From Nitrospirota bacterium (lineage in GTDB: Bacteria > Nitrospirota > UBA9217): a DNA stretch of 64,000 nt. The notes under the pieces are model-generated. The model worked only from the letters and a program-made list of their open reading frames with translations, was not told where the DNA came from and did not search any database. Location of the stretch: positions 1,664,001 to 1,728,000 of the forward strand of contig CAVTRN010000001.1 in assembly GCA_963737155.1 (NCBI GenBank). Direction: 5' to 3'. The position numbers were made by a program, and so were the translations under genes. Positions 28,897 to 40,778 of the stretch are shown here, piece by piece. Position 1 is the stretch's first letter, and each line of letters begins with the position of its first letter.

Positions 28897-29760
28897 ATGA
28901 ACTGCATTAATGATAGCAGACTTGGGCAGTTTCATCAACTGAAGAAAGAGATTCGGAGTTCTACGGAGTATTTGATTGTCGGCCTGGACATTGCCAAGGA
29001 AAAGCACAACGCCTTCTCTGGTACGGCGACCAGCAATGCAGTGTTTCGGGGCATGTTCTTTGACAATACGATGGAAGGTTTTTGTAAGCTACTCGTGCAA
29101 GTAGAGGCACTGAAAGCGGAGTATAGCCTTTCGAAGGTGGCTTTCGGGTCTGGAGCGGACGGCTAATTACCACAAGCCCCTGGCAGAATATCTCATCAAG
29201 TACGGTTTCATGGTTGTTGGTATCCCCCTTTTTCGACCGTAAAGAACCGGCAGCTTCTGGAGGCCGATGGGACAAACACGACACCTAGGAGGCCGCTAAC
29301 GTTGCCGACCTCATCGCCCAGGGTAAATCTGTATTACGACTATCCGGAAGCAGCCAAAGGCGATATCGGAAGCCTTCGTCCGTTTAAGAAGCGGCTCAAG
29401 AAAGAAGAGCAGGCACTGCAAGTTCGCATCCGCAATCAGCTGCTCGCGAGTACTTCCCGGAGATGGACCGCCATTTTCGCGCTGAGGTGACCATGGCTGT
29501 GGTCCGGACTTGTCTTGATCCATCTATCGCTGATTGCCGGAATGGAATACGATCAATTTGCCGAGCAGTAGCACCGGGGAGGGTGAATTTGAGGCAGCAG
29601 CGTCTGCTCCAACAAATCTGGCAACTAGCCCACCAGTCTATTGGCTGCCGCGTGGGAGAAACAGTGACATTTGAGGCGCAGGCGATGGTCTCGACCATCT
29701 ATCACCTTCGTGAAATGATCAAAAACCTGAACGACAAACTTCGACCATCAGGTATAAACT
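28897..29760 (+). pseudogene. IS110-family transposase, multiply frameshifted
   Basis: LIVGLDIAKEKH DEDD N-terminus, FGLE..ANYH, WDKHD..AANVADL in shifting frames; AGGAGG SD. Confidence 0.8.
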
Positions 29761-30227
29761 TTACGACGGCGCCAAGGGCTCGCAAAGCCGAAAGATGCAT
29801 GAGCATGGCGGGAATATTACCGGGCTGATTTACAGGCAGAGAATAGACCTTTCTAACCGCCGCTCCTCAATTGACAAATTACCTTATAACCGGCGAAATG
29901 ATTATGTCACTTAGGGTTAGAGTTGTCCTCCTCCATTAAGCGGATACGATATATGAGTGTGTCCATGATCTCATCAGCATCAAGAGCCATAATTCATTTT
30001 TTTCTATGAATAAGTAATCGAGCATAAGTTCCCGAACTAATCTCATATACTCTTTGAGTCCTCGTCGATATTATCGCCCCTGGCTGGCGTTTGGTGACTA
30101 AATCTTGGCCGATCAGGATAAATTCACTCCCTCAGGGAATCGTCAGACATGTACAACACCTTTGGAAAACCCAGGATGAACCTGACCTGACGAGCGTCGT
30201 GTCCATCCTGGTATGCCATCTAACAAC

Positions 30228-31547
30228 CTACGCTTTAATTTTTGCCAGTCTGAAAAAATCTACGAGAAATAGCGTCACGCCGATTGCAAAGCCCCATGCC
30301 GAAACCCAGAATACGGCATACCATAATTTCATATACCCTTGCGTCGTGAGGAAATCCATGCCCATCACTCTCTGGAAGTAAACCTGCACGATGCCTGCAA
30401 CTGCAAGAGACAAAGCCATGAGACCCATGAATGAGCACATGAACCAGAAAGCTTTGATGCCGAGCGACTGTTTGAAATTCGGCAGACCTTTCAACTGCGG
30501 CATAGCAAAATAGAACATCGTGAGGTTTAACATGGCATAGGCACCGAAGAATGCGAAATGTCCATGCGATGCTGTTATCTGCGTGCCGTGGGTCCACCGG
30601 TTAATTTGGGGCAACGTGTGGGCAAAACCCCATACCCCGGCACCGAAGAAGTGCATGACCGCGCAGCCAACGGCCCAATAGAGGGCCACCCTGTTCGGAA
30701 TCTCTGTTTTCCGCTCCCGCACTACGCGAAGGGTATCGACTACCATGAAGAGGATCGGAAGCGGTTCAAGTGCGCTGAAGATGCCACCCCACCAGAGCCA
30801 GTAGTTCGGCGTTCCAATCCAGTAGTAATGATGCCCTGTACCCACAATGCCGGTGAACAAAACAAATCCCACCTCGATATAGAGCCATTTCTCGACGAGC
30901 TGTCGATCAACGCCCGTCAGCTTCATAAGCATGAAAGCCATGATGGCGCCGGTAATGAGCTCCCAAGCTCCTTCTACCCAGAGGTGGATCACCCACCACC
31001 ACCAGAAGTACTGGTCCGAAAGGTTCTTCATGAAAAATACGCCGAAGAGAAACATACCCGCAAGCATGACTAATCCGCCCAAAAGCACGCCCTGGATCAC
31101 AGTCCATTTCTTAGTCTTCATCATGGTCATGAAAATGTTGAAGAGGAAAATCAGCGCCACGATGACAATTCCGAACTTCAGTACCGTGGGTTGCTCCAGA
31201 AACGGCATGCCCCATGTCCAGCCGAGCAGATAGCCCACGATTGCCGTGACGCCGATTAGCGCGAACAGCACAAGCTGGAAATTCGCGAGTTTTTTGCTGT
31301 AGAGCTCGGTCTGCGCCTCTTCCGGAATGATGTAGTACGTGCCGCCCATGAAACCGAAGAGAAGCCAGACCACGAGTAGGTTGATATGGATTGCCCGCGC
31401 GGTGTTAAAGGGAACGATGTTGATGAGCGGGTCAAAATCCCACACGTATTTGGCGCCTGTGATCAGACCAAAGACAATTTGGAGCCCGAACAAGACCGCT
31501 GCAATCATAAAATAATTTAGAGCAATCTTTTGCGATTCGTATTTCAT
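30228..31547 (-). CDS. norB: Nitric oxide reductase large subunit (cNOR)
   Basis: FNTARAIHINL, WVIHLWVEG, GTGHHYYW, HGHFAFFG heme/non-heme Fe ligands. Confidence 0.95.
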   Translation of the reverse strand: MKYESQKIALNYFMIAAVLFGLQIVFGLITGAKYVWDFDPLINIVPFNTARAIHINLLVVWLLFGFMGGTYYIIPEEAQTELYSKKLANFQLVLFALIGVTAIVGYLLGWTWGMPFLEQPTVLKFGIVIVALIFLFNIFMTMMKTKKWTVIQGVLLGGLVMLAGMFLFGVFFMKNLSDQYFWWWWVIHLWVEGAWELITGAIMAFMLMKLTGVDRQLVEKWLYIEVGFVLFTGIVGTGHHYYWIGTPNYWLWWGGIFSALEPLPILFMVVDTLRVVRERKTEIPNRVALYWAVGCAVMHFFGAGVWGFAHTLPQINRWTHGTQITASHGHFAFFGAYAMLNLTMFYFAMPQLKGLPNFKQSLGIKAFWFMCSFMGLMALSLAVAGIVQVYFQRVMGMDFLTTQGYMKLWYAVFWVSAWGFAIGVTLFLVDFFRLAKIKA

Positions 31548-31558
31548 TTCATGCCTCC

Positions 31559-32230
31559 TTAGCGCAGTCCTGCGAGATAGCCCGCGAGATCATCAATATC
31601 TTTCGGGGCAAGCTTCGAAAAATCCGGCATGATGGAATTGGGGTTATGTGATTTCGGGTCCCTGATCTGTGCCTCGATCCATGCATTGTCCCTTTTCCCA
31701 CCCTCTCTGGACAGGTCAGGCCCTACCTTACCACCCACGCCGTCCAACATGTGGCACGCGGAACATCCCTGCGCCTTGTAGACCGCTTCGCCCGGGCTGC
31801 CAGAGGTCACCGCCGTAGCGAGAAGGGGCTTTGGAGGCCAGTTGTTCGTATCGATCCCGTTCACCCACGTAAGGAAGGCAACTACATCGTCTACTTCCTG
31901 ATCCTGAAGGTGGAGGTTCGGCATCTTCCTGGCGTTTGGCCAAACTTTTTCAGGGTCTTTCAGAAATCTCTTGACCCACTCGGTATCGCGATAGCTCATT
32001 ACCTTCGTGACGTCAGGAGCGTAATAGCCTCCGATGCCGAGAATCGTATGGCAGTCGTTGCAATTGTATTTCTGCCACACCCACTTACCCGCGACGACGT
32101 GGGCATCCATCTTCTGCTCCCCCGTTCTCTTCGGCATTTGTACCAAAGAGTCGTAGGAAAGTACCAGGAATATCACGGCAGAAATCGCTGTTCCCCAAAT
32201 GAAAACTGCTTTTGCCTGCGACAGAGTCAT
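31559..32230 (-). CDS. norC: Nitric oxide reductase cytochrome c subunit with extra C-terminal c-type heme domain
   Basis: N-terminal TM; CNDCHTILGIGGYYAPD..MP and a second CSACH..GPDL..MP. Confidence 0.9.
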   Translation of the reverse strand: MTLSQAKAVFIWGTAISAVIFLVLSYDSLVQMPKRTGEQKMDAHVVAGKWVWQKYNCNDCHTILGIGGYYAPDVTKVMSYRDTEWVKRFLKDPEKVWPNARKMPNLHLQDQEVDDVVAFLTWVNGIDTNNWPPKPLLATAVTSGSPGEAVYKAQGCSACHMLDGVGGKVGPDLSREGGKRDNAWIEAQIRDPKSHNPNSIMPDFSKLAPKDIDDLAGYLAGLR

Positions 32231-32461
32231 AACTCCTCCTTTCGACTAAATGAATTTTATTGTTCCTTAATGTTTGAAACTTCTATATGCTCCAGGTTAT
32301 AGCTTGAAAAGATAGTCTTGCAAATTGCAAATCGCGTATTTGTCTCCGTCGACCATAGTGGACTTTATCAACGCTCAATGCGAACGTCAGGGGAATAACC
32401 TCAGGATAATGACTGAAACCGATGCAATAGTATCATAGTATTTTAATCTTCACCAATGGGC

Positions 32462-32477
32462 TATGATGTATATCATA
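32462..32477 (-). promoter_or_regulatory. Crp/Fnr(DNR)-like binding palindrome upstream of norCB
   Basis: TATGAT-GTAT-ATCATA; minus-strand TACTAT at 32440-32435 fits class II activator spacing. Confidence 0.55.
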
Positions 32478-32625
32478 ATAGCAGGCGTAAGGAGGGATGT
32501 ATCGTTGCGAAAGAAGGACACCACCTTTCAATCGATTTATTTAAAGACCCTTTATTTGTAGATTTCGATATCTTGTTAACAGAATCGCCAGAGTGCGATT
32601 ACCGCTATCTTCCCTCAAAATAAAT

Positions 32626-33447
32626 TTAACGAGCTGTACGAGTACCAAGCTTATGATCAGGAGCCTTATTCAAGAGGCGTTTAATTTTAATTATATTCGC
32701 TTTCGTCGACCGATACCCTTCGGCTATAAGTTCATCAACCTTTCTCACATCCATGCGAGGGAAACGTGACAGCTGTGGTTCAATGATTACGTCAGCCTGC
32801 CGCACCTGAAACTTGGTGTTCTCATTGATAGCAATCTCGATGGCATTGAAAATGATGTCTATGATATCGTTAGGTGTTTTGTACTGCCGCTCCGCGCTAA
32901 GATTCACGGCGACGATCACGTCAGCACCCATGGGTTTGAGGGGCGAAATGGGTACGTCTTCTGCTATCCCACCGTCCACCATCATCCGTCCATCAATGTA
33001 TATGGGCCTGTAAAGTCCGGGCACGGCATTACTGGCCATGACGGCGGGAGCGACCTCGCCCTTTCGCAGTACCACCTTCTCACCGGTTGCTATATCAACG
33101 GCTATGATAGCGAGCGGAATCAGCGACTCTTCGATCTTGGATCTGCCAATTTTAGCTTGAATAAGCCTGCCAAGTTCTTCATTTGAAAACAACGCATATC
33201 GGGAAAGCTTGAGCTTAGATATTTTTATTGGCGTTATGCTCTTTCCAACTCTACGGATCTCATTCATCGGGATGCCGAAGGCATAGAGGGCAGCGGCGAA
33301 TGAACCAATGCTGGTACCGGAAATATAATCGGTCCGAATATTGTTGTCCTCGAGCGCCTGAAGCACCCCGATGTGTGCTAGCCCGCGCATAGCGCCACCG
33401 CTGAGGGACAAACCCAATCGTCTCTTTGTTGCTGGAGATGAAATCAT
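32626..33447 (-). CDS. Patatin-like phospholipase (RssA-like)
   Basis: LSGGAMRGLAHIGV, GTSIG, VDGG. Confidence 0.95.
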   Translation of the reverse strand: MISSPATKRRLGLSLSGGAMRGLAHIGVLQALEDNNIRTDYISGTSIGSFAAALYAFGIPMNEIRRVGKSITPIKISKLKLSRYALFSNEELGRLIQAKIGRSKIEESLIPLAIIAVDIATGEKVVLRKGEVAPAVMASNAVPGLYRPIYIDGRMMVDGGIAEDVPISPLKPMGADVIVAVNLSAERQYKTPNDIIDIIFNAIEIAINENTKFQVRQADVIIEPQLSRFPRMDVRKVDELIAEGYRSTKANIIKIKRLLNKAPDHKLGTRTAR

Positions 33448-34208
33448 AGGGAGTATTCTCCTTCAAGGCAAAATATCTCTTTCTCTTAATGAAGATCTGC
33501 GGAATAGAGCTTTCGAAGCGAATGATAGCTAATGATCTCGTAATGAAACAAAATCCAATTAAAAGATATTGTAACCTATTGTAATTACGACGCGAAAAAA
33601 ATATGACGATTTAACTTAAACAAGATCATTATAATTGTTGCTATCTTGAATATATTATCATGGAAACTCGTTGTCAAGAATGCGCGATTGAATTTATATT
33701 TCATGCGCTGCAACAACTCGGAGAGAAGCGGAGAGAGATTGAATTGAATGATGCCGGGGGATAAAATAAAAATGTACTATATCTTTTGAGTAGGTTTGAA
33801 ATACGCATTATATTTTTGATAAGACTCTGCTTGAAATCAGCCCCCTACAACGTAACAAGCGAACTCCAGACGTCAGAGATCTTAAATGCTGGCCGCAACC
33901 AGCGTTGTTTACGGATATCTTGAAATGAGATAGCACCCATATGTCATTCCAACCACGAACGACGCCGATCTACCTACAGGCAATCTGGTTTTGGCAATAG
34001 CAACCGTTACATAATATTGCTTCACATCATGCCTTGATTCCATTTCCGCGTCCGCTATCATAAAAAAGGTGATCGTTGTTTATAAATCAAAGGTATTTAT
34101 GAAAAGTAACCTTTGTAAAATATTGGATACTGTTGATTCGTTTCCTCTGATAGAGTTCCCTACCATGCGGAGCGCACTTGTCGCCCTTCCTAAAGATTTT
34201 GAAGGACG

Positions 34209-34484
34209 TTGGAATGTCTTTTTAATTTACCGTGGACATTGATGAATACTTTGCTGCCAGCAGTTACTGGACTTCCAAAAAAACATAACCGAGTTAGAAA
34301 AAAACAAATCAGGATCATTACTACATCATCTGATCCTGAGGAGGAAGCGGTTAAGACGGCCAATAAATATGGTTTGACCTATTCTATGGGATACGGACTC
34401 ATATCATCCGAGGTATCGGCGGTGACCAGAGCTTTTGTAAATCCTGAAAAACAACGTTATTCATGCAACCGGATTTATTATTAG
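34209..34484 (+). pseudogene. Possible eroded response-regulator receiver fragment
   Basis: LMNTLLPAVTGL..IRIITTSS..EEEAVKTA..G loosely resembles a REC domain. Confidence 0.3.
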
Positions 34485-35352
34485 TCAGAAAGCAAGATCG
34501 AAAACGCCGTATACAGCAGCAGGTCCATAGATAGACTAACAGCAAAATATTTTGACTTTTTTATAAAATGACGGAATTATATCAATACGGTTCTAGGGTA
34601 AATTCTGGTCGTCGATGGACGAACCGGTACCGGTATTTATGATTCTCGATGGTTTGGATGAAAGCCCTGTTGACCTATGAATAGAGGTGACGAACAGGAG
34701 TATTGGAGTATATTTATATCGATAGGCCACAAATATGATCAGCCTCTGGAGGTAATAGATGACATCGGATAGTTCTCGGTCACGGTCTTTCATTAGGAAA
34801 CCCTGATGAACTGGCTGGTCGGTAACTTGAAATCGCAACCATGCGAGGCAAGACGAACTATACTAAAAAAACTCAGCAGGTCTGCGGGCTTTCTGAACTC
34901 GTCAGATAATGATAGTGTCTCGGTGGCCGTTACCTCATTATCAATTTGTTAAAAAAATATATAAAGTGTCGTGTCGATTGCTCATCCTGAGTAATTAGCT
35001 TTCGTATATTGAAGTTTGTATTTGCCCAGTATGTTTGTCTTTTGCGTTCTGGATTGTGGTGACGCTAAACTTTGTCACTTTACGAAGAATCTTACATATT
35101 GTCTTAAGCCGTACATCACATTATGGACACTAACCATTGCCTAGTACGGAGCGATCTTATTGCAGAAGAATTTCTTCGCGAATGAACGGCAAATGTACGA
35201 CTAATGTTGTGATAGATGAGTCGTACAGTAAAACGAGATAGTATTTTGGTTCAATTGACAGCGATTAAAAATGAGATAAAATATGTTTAGGAAGTAAAGA
35301 AAAGGTACAGCGTGTCGGGTATCTGGCTGTACCGGGAAAGGAAGTGTTCTGT

Positions 35353-36024
35353 ATGGCAACCACTTTGCAGGAAACTCAAAGCATGGAAGAGCGGTACTTG
35401 AAGGGCAGATCACTAGCAGAAGGCATCGCCGGAGGCGCGGGAGTCGCGCTATCAATTATCGGACTGGCGGCCATAATGCCTCATTACATGATCCCGGTTT
35501 CAACGATTGCCCTTGGCATCGCATTCGTATTTGAGGGAGGCGCCGTAGCGAGACGGTTCTCACGTTTGCTCCGTGAGACGACGAAGGGGTGGTTCGATGT
35601 GTCAGGATTAGGTTCCGGATTGACCGCAGAGGTCATCGGCGGCATTACGGGAATTATTCTGGGCATCCTGACGCTCCTGAGCGTTGCTCCTGTGGTCCTG
35701 ATGCCCGCGGCAGCCATCGTGTTCGGCGGAACGCTGATATTCAGCAACGGAATCTCCGCACGGCTTGATGAAATGCTGATCGGCCGAATGGGTGAAGATG
35801 ATGTATTTAAGGACGTAGCCCGCGAAGCGGTAACTGCCACAGCGGGAATCCAGCTTCTCTTCGGAATTACCGCTGTCACGCTGGGGATTCTCGCTCTCGT
35901 CGGTATGGCTCCGATGGTTCTGAACCTTGTTGCTCTTTTGGGCATCGGGCTCTCAAACCTGCTGAGCGGAACCGATATCAGCGCCCGCATGCTGAGCTCT
36001 ATCCGGACACATCAACATGCATAA
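35353..36024 (+). CDS. Gly/Ala-rich multi-pass membrane protein of unknown function
   Basis: Three repeated TM hairpins (AE.I.G..G..L.I.GL); followed by a terminator. Confidence 0.8.
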   Translation: MATTLQETQSMEERYLKGRSLAEGIAGGAGVALSIIGLAAIMPHYMIPVSTIALGIAFVFEGGAVARRFSRLLRETTKGWFDVSGLGSGLTAEVIGGITGIILGILTLLSVAPVVLMPAAAIVFGGTLIFSNGISARLDEMLIGRMGEDDVFKDVAREAVTATAGIQLLFGITAVTLGILALVGMAPMVLNLVALLGIGLSNLLSGTDISARMLSSIRTHQHA

Positions 36025-36057
36025 TGATGAGAAACGGAGATTCATATCTGCACCCGG

Positions 36058-36099
36058 AAGCCGGATATTATCGAAAGATGATCTCCGGCTTTTTTATTT
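36058..36099 (+). terminator. Rho-independent terminator
   Basis: AAGCCGGA..ATCGAAAGAT..TCCGGCTTTTTT. Confidence 0.8.
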
Positions 36100-36270
36100 C
36101 GCGCAAGGTGCAGAAAAGTGCATGAATGAAAGGAAATTCGTAAAGCCCTTAAGCAGCAAACCTCCGGAGAGCAAGAAGGGGACTGTGAGCTAATTCATTC
36201 GCGGAGATACGAGATATGCAAAGAGGCTTAACACCGCGCCCTTAACAGCGAGAGGAGAGGGTGAAATATT

Positions 36271-36645
36271 GTGGAAAAACAGTTTGCCGGGAAACTTGAC
36301 ACTGAAATTAGTCGATATAAGCAAGCATTGAGCTCCCTTGCAAAAGCGTGTGATTCAGAGGATATTCAATTGAATGCCTCAACATTATTGAACTATTTGG
36401 AGTCCTTCGGATTATATCTCGTAAAAAGAAAGTTTCATCAGTTCTTGGAGATTATATTTGGGGCGCTCGTGTTATTCAGCGCATTGGGTAACAGTTTGAA
36501 CACGTCCATGATAAATTACCGGGGTCCGCTCAGCCTTAACGCAGGATCTGCATTTCTCGTTGAGATGATCCTCCTTTTTGAACTGAAATTATACATGAAT
36601 GTTAAGGCATTACATCAAAAAAAAGAAAAAAAGAGCGGTTCATAA
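36271..36645 (+). CDS. Hypothetical membrane protein
   Basis: 124-aa ORF with upstream GGAGAGG and two hydrophobic segments. Confidence 0.45.
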   Translation: MEKQFAGKLDTEISRYKQALSSLAKACDSEDIQLNASTLLNYLESFGLYLVKRKFHQFLEIIFGALVLFSALGNSLNTSMINYRGPLSLNAGSAFLVEMILLFELKLYMNVKALHQKKEKKSGS

Positions 36646-36740
36646 GAAATGTAGAGAATGATTTTAGGACTCAAATAGGGGCGGACAGTTGTAGCATGGG
36701 GAAGTAACAACGGCAACCATCGGGTAGCAACGGATTCAAT

Positions 36741-37766
36741 ATGAAACACATTCTTCAACGGGCAGCGGCTGGTTTTTCTCCCGGATATTTTTCTTTTATC
36801 ATGGCAACAGGCATCGTGTCCATTGCGGCATTTCAGCAGCAGAGGGAATCGGTCGCCTATGTCCTCTTCAATATCAATAAACTTGCTTACGTCGCGATGA
36901 CCATACTTATGGTTATGCAAGCTTTGTTTTTTACTGGAAAGACGCTCGCTGATGCAAAGTTGCCGCCCCGGGCACCCGCTCTTTTTACGATAACCGCCGG
37001 GACATGTATTCTCGGTAGTCAATTCATTGTATTATCAGGAGCATTTCATGCCGGTCTCTTCTTTTGGATGTTGGGTCTGCTGCTTTGGGTGGTTCTCTTC
37101 TACGTTTATTTCGCTGCGGTAATCGTAAGGAAGGAAAAAAATGCGGACGAGGGCGAGTTAAACGGTTCGTGGCTGATCTACGTAGTCGGGACACAGTCTG
37201 CGTCTATCATTACTGTCCTGCTCACCCCCTACCTCGACCGCAAGCAGGATGTTATGCTGTTAGCAGCCTTAAGCATGCACGGATTAGGAATAGTGCTATA
37301 TTTTCTTCTTATCGGACTTATAATCCGGCGAATGATATTCGTGAGCCTTCCCGCGGAAAGTCTCAATCCTCCTTACTGGATCAATATGGGCGCGTCGGCC
37401 ATCAGCACGCTAGCAGGAGCCGAACTCATCCTTCATGCTCGCTCCTGGGAATTTCTTCAAGAGGCACTACCTGCACTCATGTTGACAACACAGGTGCTAT
37501 GGGCCCTGACAACCTGGTGGATTCCGCTTATGGTTATATTGAATATCTGGCGGTACGGATATAAACGCTTTCCCATCACCTACGATGTAGAGCATTGGAG
37601 CATGGTTTTCCCTCTTGGCATGTATGCTGCGTGCACGTTTAAATTCGGGAAAGTGGCAGGACTTGAGCCCCTTTTGCCAATCTCCCGTTGCTTCTTCTAC
37701 CTTGCCTTGGCTGCATGGATTCTGGTATTTGCCGGCATGGTTGCAAGATTTATCCGGCAACTCTAG
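36741..37766 (+). CDS. TDT/SLAC1-family (tellurite resistance/C4-dicarboxylate) transporter
   Basis: PGYFSFIMATGIVS, WLIYVVGTQS, PPYWINMGA.AISTLAG, WSMVFPLGMY. Confidence 0.92.
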   Translation: MKHILQRAAAGFSPGYFSFIMATGIVSIAAFQQQRESVAYVLFNINKLAYVAMTILMVMQALFFTGKTLADAKLPPRAPALFTITAGTCILGSQFIVLSGAFHAGLFFWMLGLLLWVVLFYVYFAAVIVRKEKNADEGELNGSWLIYVVGTQSASIITVLLTPYLDRKQDVMLLAALSMHGLGIVLYFLLIGLIIRRMIFVSLPAESLNPPYWINMGASAISTLAGAELILHARSWEFLQEALPALMLTTQVLWALTTWWIPLMVILNIWRYGYKRFPITYDVEHWSMVFPLGMYAACTFKFGKVAGLEPLLPISRCFFYLALAAWILVFAGMVARFIRQL

Positions 37767-38212
37767 GAACTTCGTCCGCCAGGTGTAGTTCCTGCAACAA
37801 TCACTCATCGAGTACGAGTATAAATAAATTTAGTGTCGCTGCTGGCCTAGTTAAAAATCGTATAGCAGCCATACCGACGCAATATTTTACTACAGCACTG
37901 CTTTTCTCACCTAACAACTCATTTATTGTACTACCCAATTATCACAATGTTAGTCGTATTCTTGCTGCTGAACTGATTGAGACCAATTTTACAAGTGTAC
38001 GTACTGCCCAAGACAACCTGTCCTGTCGCCACATGCGAACAAAGTTCACTGCGGCTATCTCCGAAACGTTAAGCCGTTCCTGCGTAAAAATAAACATGAA
38101 TGCTACGAATGGCATACCCAGACCAATAAAACACAATGCGAGGAATACATCCTATATACGAGTGTGTTAAAATACTGATAGAGAGGTTAAAATAACTAAT
38201 GAGGGCAATTCT

Positions 38213-38689
38213 ATGGATAACATCAAACATATACTTGTTGTGAGTAGAATGGTCAGGTACGATGCTAAGGCGATCCATTATGGCGCATCGCTGGCCCTAA
38301 AATACGGAGCTCAGCTAACGGTTGTCCACGTAATCCATGATCCTTTCGGAATAGAAGGATGGAACCTTCCTATGCCGAACCTGGAGAAAGACTACCAGAA
38401 TCTCCTCAAGAAAACTAGGAAACAACTTGATAATATTATTGAACTGGAACAGGCACGAGGGGTCGTCATAGATGTCATGGTCAAAGAGGGAGACCCCACG
38501 AAAGAAGTATTGAAGATCGTGAAAGAAAAAAAGATCGACCTTCTCGTGATGCTCGCCCACGAGGAAGGACATTTGGAGCACTTTCTGTTCGGCAGAAGCA
38601 ACAGTGAACTCATTTTAAAAATGCCGTGCTCGATCCTGCTCATCAAGAAGGAACCGCAGCCCGTCTATGGATCGTGGGATGAGGAATAA
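38213..38689 (+). CDS. Universal stress protein
   Basis: IKHILV..LTVVHV..GDP..DLLVM..LFG....ILKMPCSILLIK. Confidence 0.92.
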   Translation: MDNIKHILVVSRMVRYDAKAIHYGASLALKYGAQLTVVHVIHDPFGIEGWNLPMPNLEKDYQNLLKKTRKQLDNIIELEQARGVVIDVMVKEGDPTKEVLKIVKEKKIDLLVMLAHEEGHLEHFLFGRSNSELILKMPCSILLIKKEPQPVYGSWDEE

Positions 38690-39254
38690 AATACTGCATC
38701 TTGCAGATTAAAGAAAATACTGTAGCGGCATAAGAGATTTCTGAGGAGTTATGCGACCGTTAAGAGGGTTCTTGTGCGACCGCTTTACGAGAAAGGTCTG
38801 TGCTTATTTTATTGAATGACGCACGTTTTAGGGGTTCCCCTTATCTTCGGAAGCGCAATAACGGCGCTATTGAACCATATACAGACGGCGAATCCGCGAC
38901 GTATGATGCGTTCAGAGAGGTGGCGTACGAAGCGGTCAGAGTAGCGATAGGTGCTCAAATATTTCTCGGTCTCATTGCATAGATCCTCGGCTTGACAGGG
39001 GTCACTGGAGTAAGCTGGACGATCTTGACGCTCGTGGCTCTTTTTTATCATATCGGGGTGGCCGAAGTGACGAGTGGCAATGCAGTCGCTGCAAGAATGA
39101 TGGCGGTAATGCGTAAATAAAGTGCTGTTTCTATATCCATTATGTCAGACACCATGGACGATAGAGGTTGGGTATCACTGAAACCGTAAGGCCGTACACA
39201 TTAACGTGACGGCCTTTTTTACAAAGTGGTCTTGATGTCCAAGTGAACCAAAAT

Positions 39255-40778
39255 GACGAGGTCAAGCTTTTAGTTGAAATTATCTGAGTGGCCCGTTCCC
39301 TTCGGCTAAAGTATTTTTATCGGTTCAACGGTGTAAATCATCGCTGTTTATAAAATCGGATTCGTAGGATCGCCATATGTGAGTTTTCTGAGGCCGAGCC
39401 ATACCTAACCATCCCCCTTTACGCAGCCTCTTTGACTGTTAGGTCATTTAATTCTTCCGCTTCGATCCGTTTCATCACGTCCGCGATGAAGGCGTGGCCC
39501 TTGATCTTTCTGAATCCTTGTTCAGCATATAAGAGGACAGAAGCGAGCCAGCGCTGCATCATCTTGCTGTCGCGGTAGCGCTTTATATTGCCTTCTGCTT
39601 TTCTCACCGTGGAAAACATGCTCTCGATAGGATTGGTAGAATGCAACGTCTTCCTCAAGAGAGCGGGGACCTTCAATCGATGAAGGGTGAGAATGTCTTC
39701 TATCGCTTCCATGAGCGAATCAGCCGCCGACTCATTAATGCCCCGAAGCCATTTCTCCATGTCCAGAAGCATCTGACGAGCGTCCGCGTAATTATTCTGC
39801 TCCAGGGCTGTCCGGAACCTCCAGTGTGCGCCTTTCCGGTATTTCTTCGGCAAATGATGCTGTATATTCCGGTCCTTGTGGATCGTGCACCGCTGATGGA
39901 TGAGTTTCTTACCGAAGCGATCCCGGAGTGCCTTGATTACGCCCTTGCCGCCATCGGTAACCCAGATGATTCGTCGTGAAAGTATCAGACCCCGCCGCTC
40001 TATATCAGAAAACAGCTCTTCACACAGTTCATGGTTCTCCGTCGCCCCCTGCCAGAACCCCAATGTCTGCTTCTTTCCGGCAATATCAAGCCCCAGCGCC
40101 ACGATGAATGCCTCTCCGCCGCGGTGAACAGTGTCTAAAAAGACCGCAAAGGGAACGAATGACGTGAGTGACCGTTCCTTAAACTCCTGAAGCTGTTTTG
40201 CTGTTGCCGCGACGATATGGCTCGATACCGTGCTGGCGGACACTCCAAATGCTCGTGCCGTATCTACAACTGTCTCCGCATACTTCCGGCATGATATGCC
40301 CCGAAGCACCTTTCCAAGCAATTCTTCTGCGAAGACTTCCGGTTTTTTCATCTTCTGATAGCTCTGCAGTACAATCTCACCCGCCGGACCTCGAAGCCGA
40401 GGGTGGGTCACCGGGATCTTCTGATCGCCGATATAGACGGAACCGCCCTGGCTAGCCCACTTCCGCAGATCGGGACTGTTAGGCTGGTAGTCGGGGCCGG
40501 CAATCTCCTCCCGCTCGATGTACATGATCGTCTCTGCCATCATTCTGCCCATTTCCTTCATGCATTCATCAAAACCCTGTTTCCCTTTTGCGAAGACACA
40601 ATACATCTGTTCGATGATCTCCCGCCTTCCGTATGCCTCTTCAATTCCTCGTATTGCCTTTTTTCTCTTCCTTGTGGTATCCTTCATTGAGTGGCTCCTT
40701 TCTTTTTTCTCTCTCTACCGTGGATTATGCCACGGGGGAGCCACTCTTTTCAATTTCAACTAAAAACAGTATAACCTG
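39255..40778 (-). mobile_element. IS256-family insertion sequence
   Basis: 27-bp imperfect IRs sharing TTTTAGTTGAAATT; 8-bp TSD ACCAAAAT at 39247-39254 and 40779-40786. Confidence 0.92.
39419..40687 (-). CDS. IS256-family transposase
   Basis: AVFLD, VTDGGKG, QRCTIHKDRN, STNPIES. Confidence 0.95.
   Translation of the reverse strand: MKDTTRKRKKAIRGIEEAYGRREIIEQMYCVFAKGKQGFDECMKEMGRMMAETIMYIEREEIAGPDYQPNSPDLRKWASQGGSVYIGDQKIPVTHPRLRGPAGEIVLQSYQKMKKPEVFAEELLGKVLRGISCRKYAETVVDTARAFGVSASTVSSHIVAATAKQLQEFKERSLTSFVPFAVFLDTVHRGGEAFIVALGLDIAGKKQTLGFWQGATENHELCEELFSDIERRGLILSRRIIWVTDGGKGVIKALRDRFGKKLIHQRCTIHKDRNIQHHLPKKYRKGAHWRFRTALEQNNYADARQMLLDMEKWLRGINESAADSLMEAIEDILTLHRLKVPALLRKTLHSTNPIESMFSTVRKAEGNIKRYRDSKMMQRWLASVLLYAEQGFRKIKGHAFIADVMKRIEAEELNDLTVKEAA

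Noticed and set aside
39060-39220. Possible riboswitch ahead of the hairpin/T-tract at 39188-39220
   Set aside because: No aptamer consensus recognised; may be only a terminator
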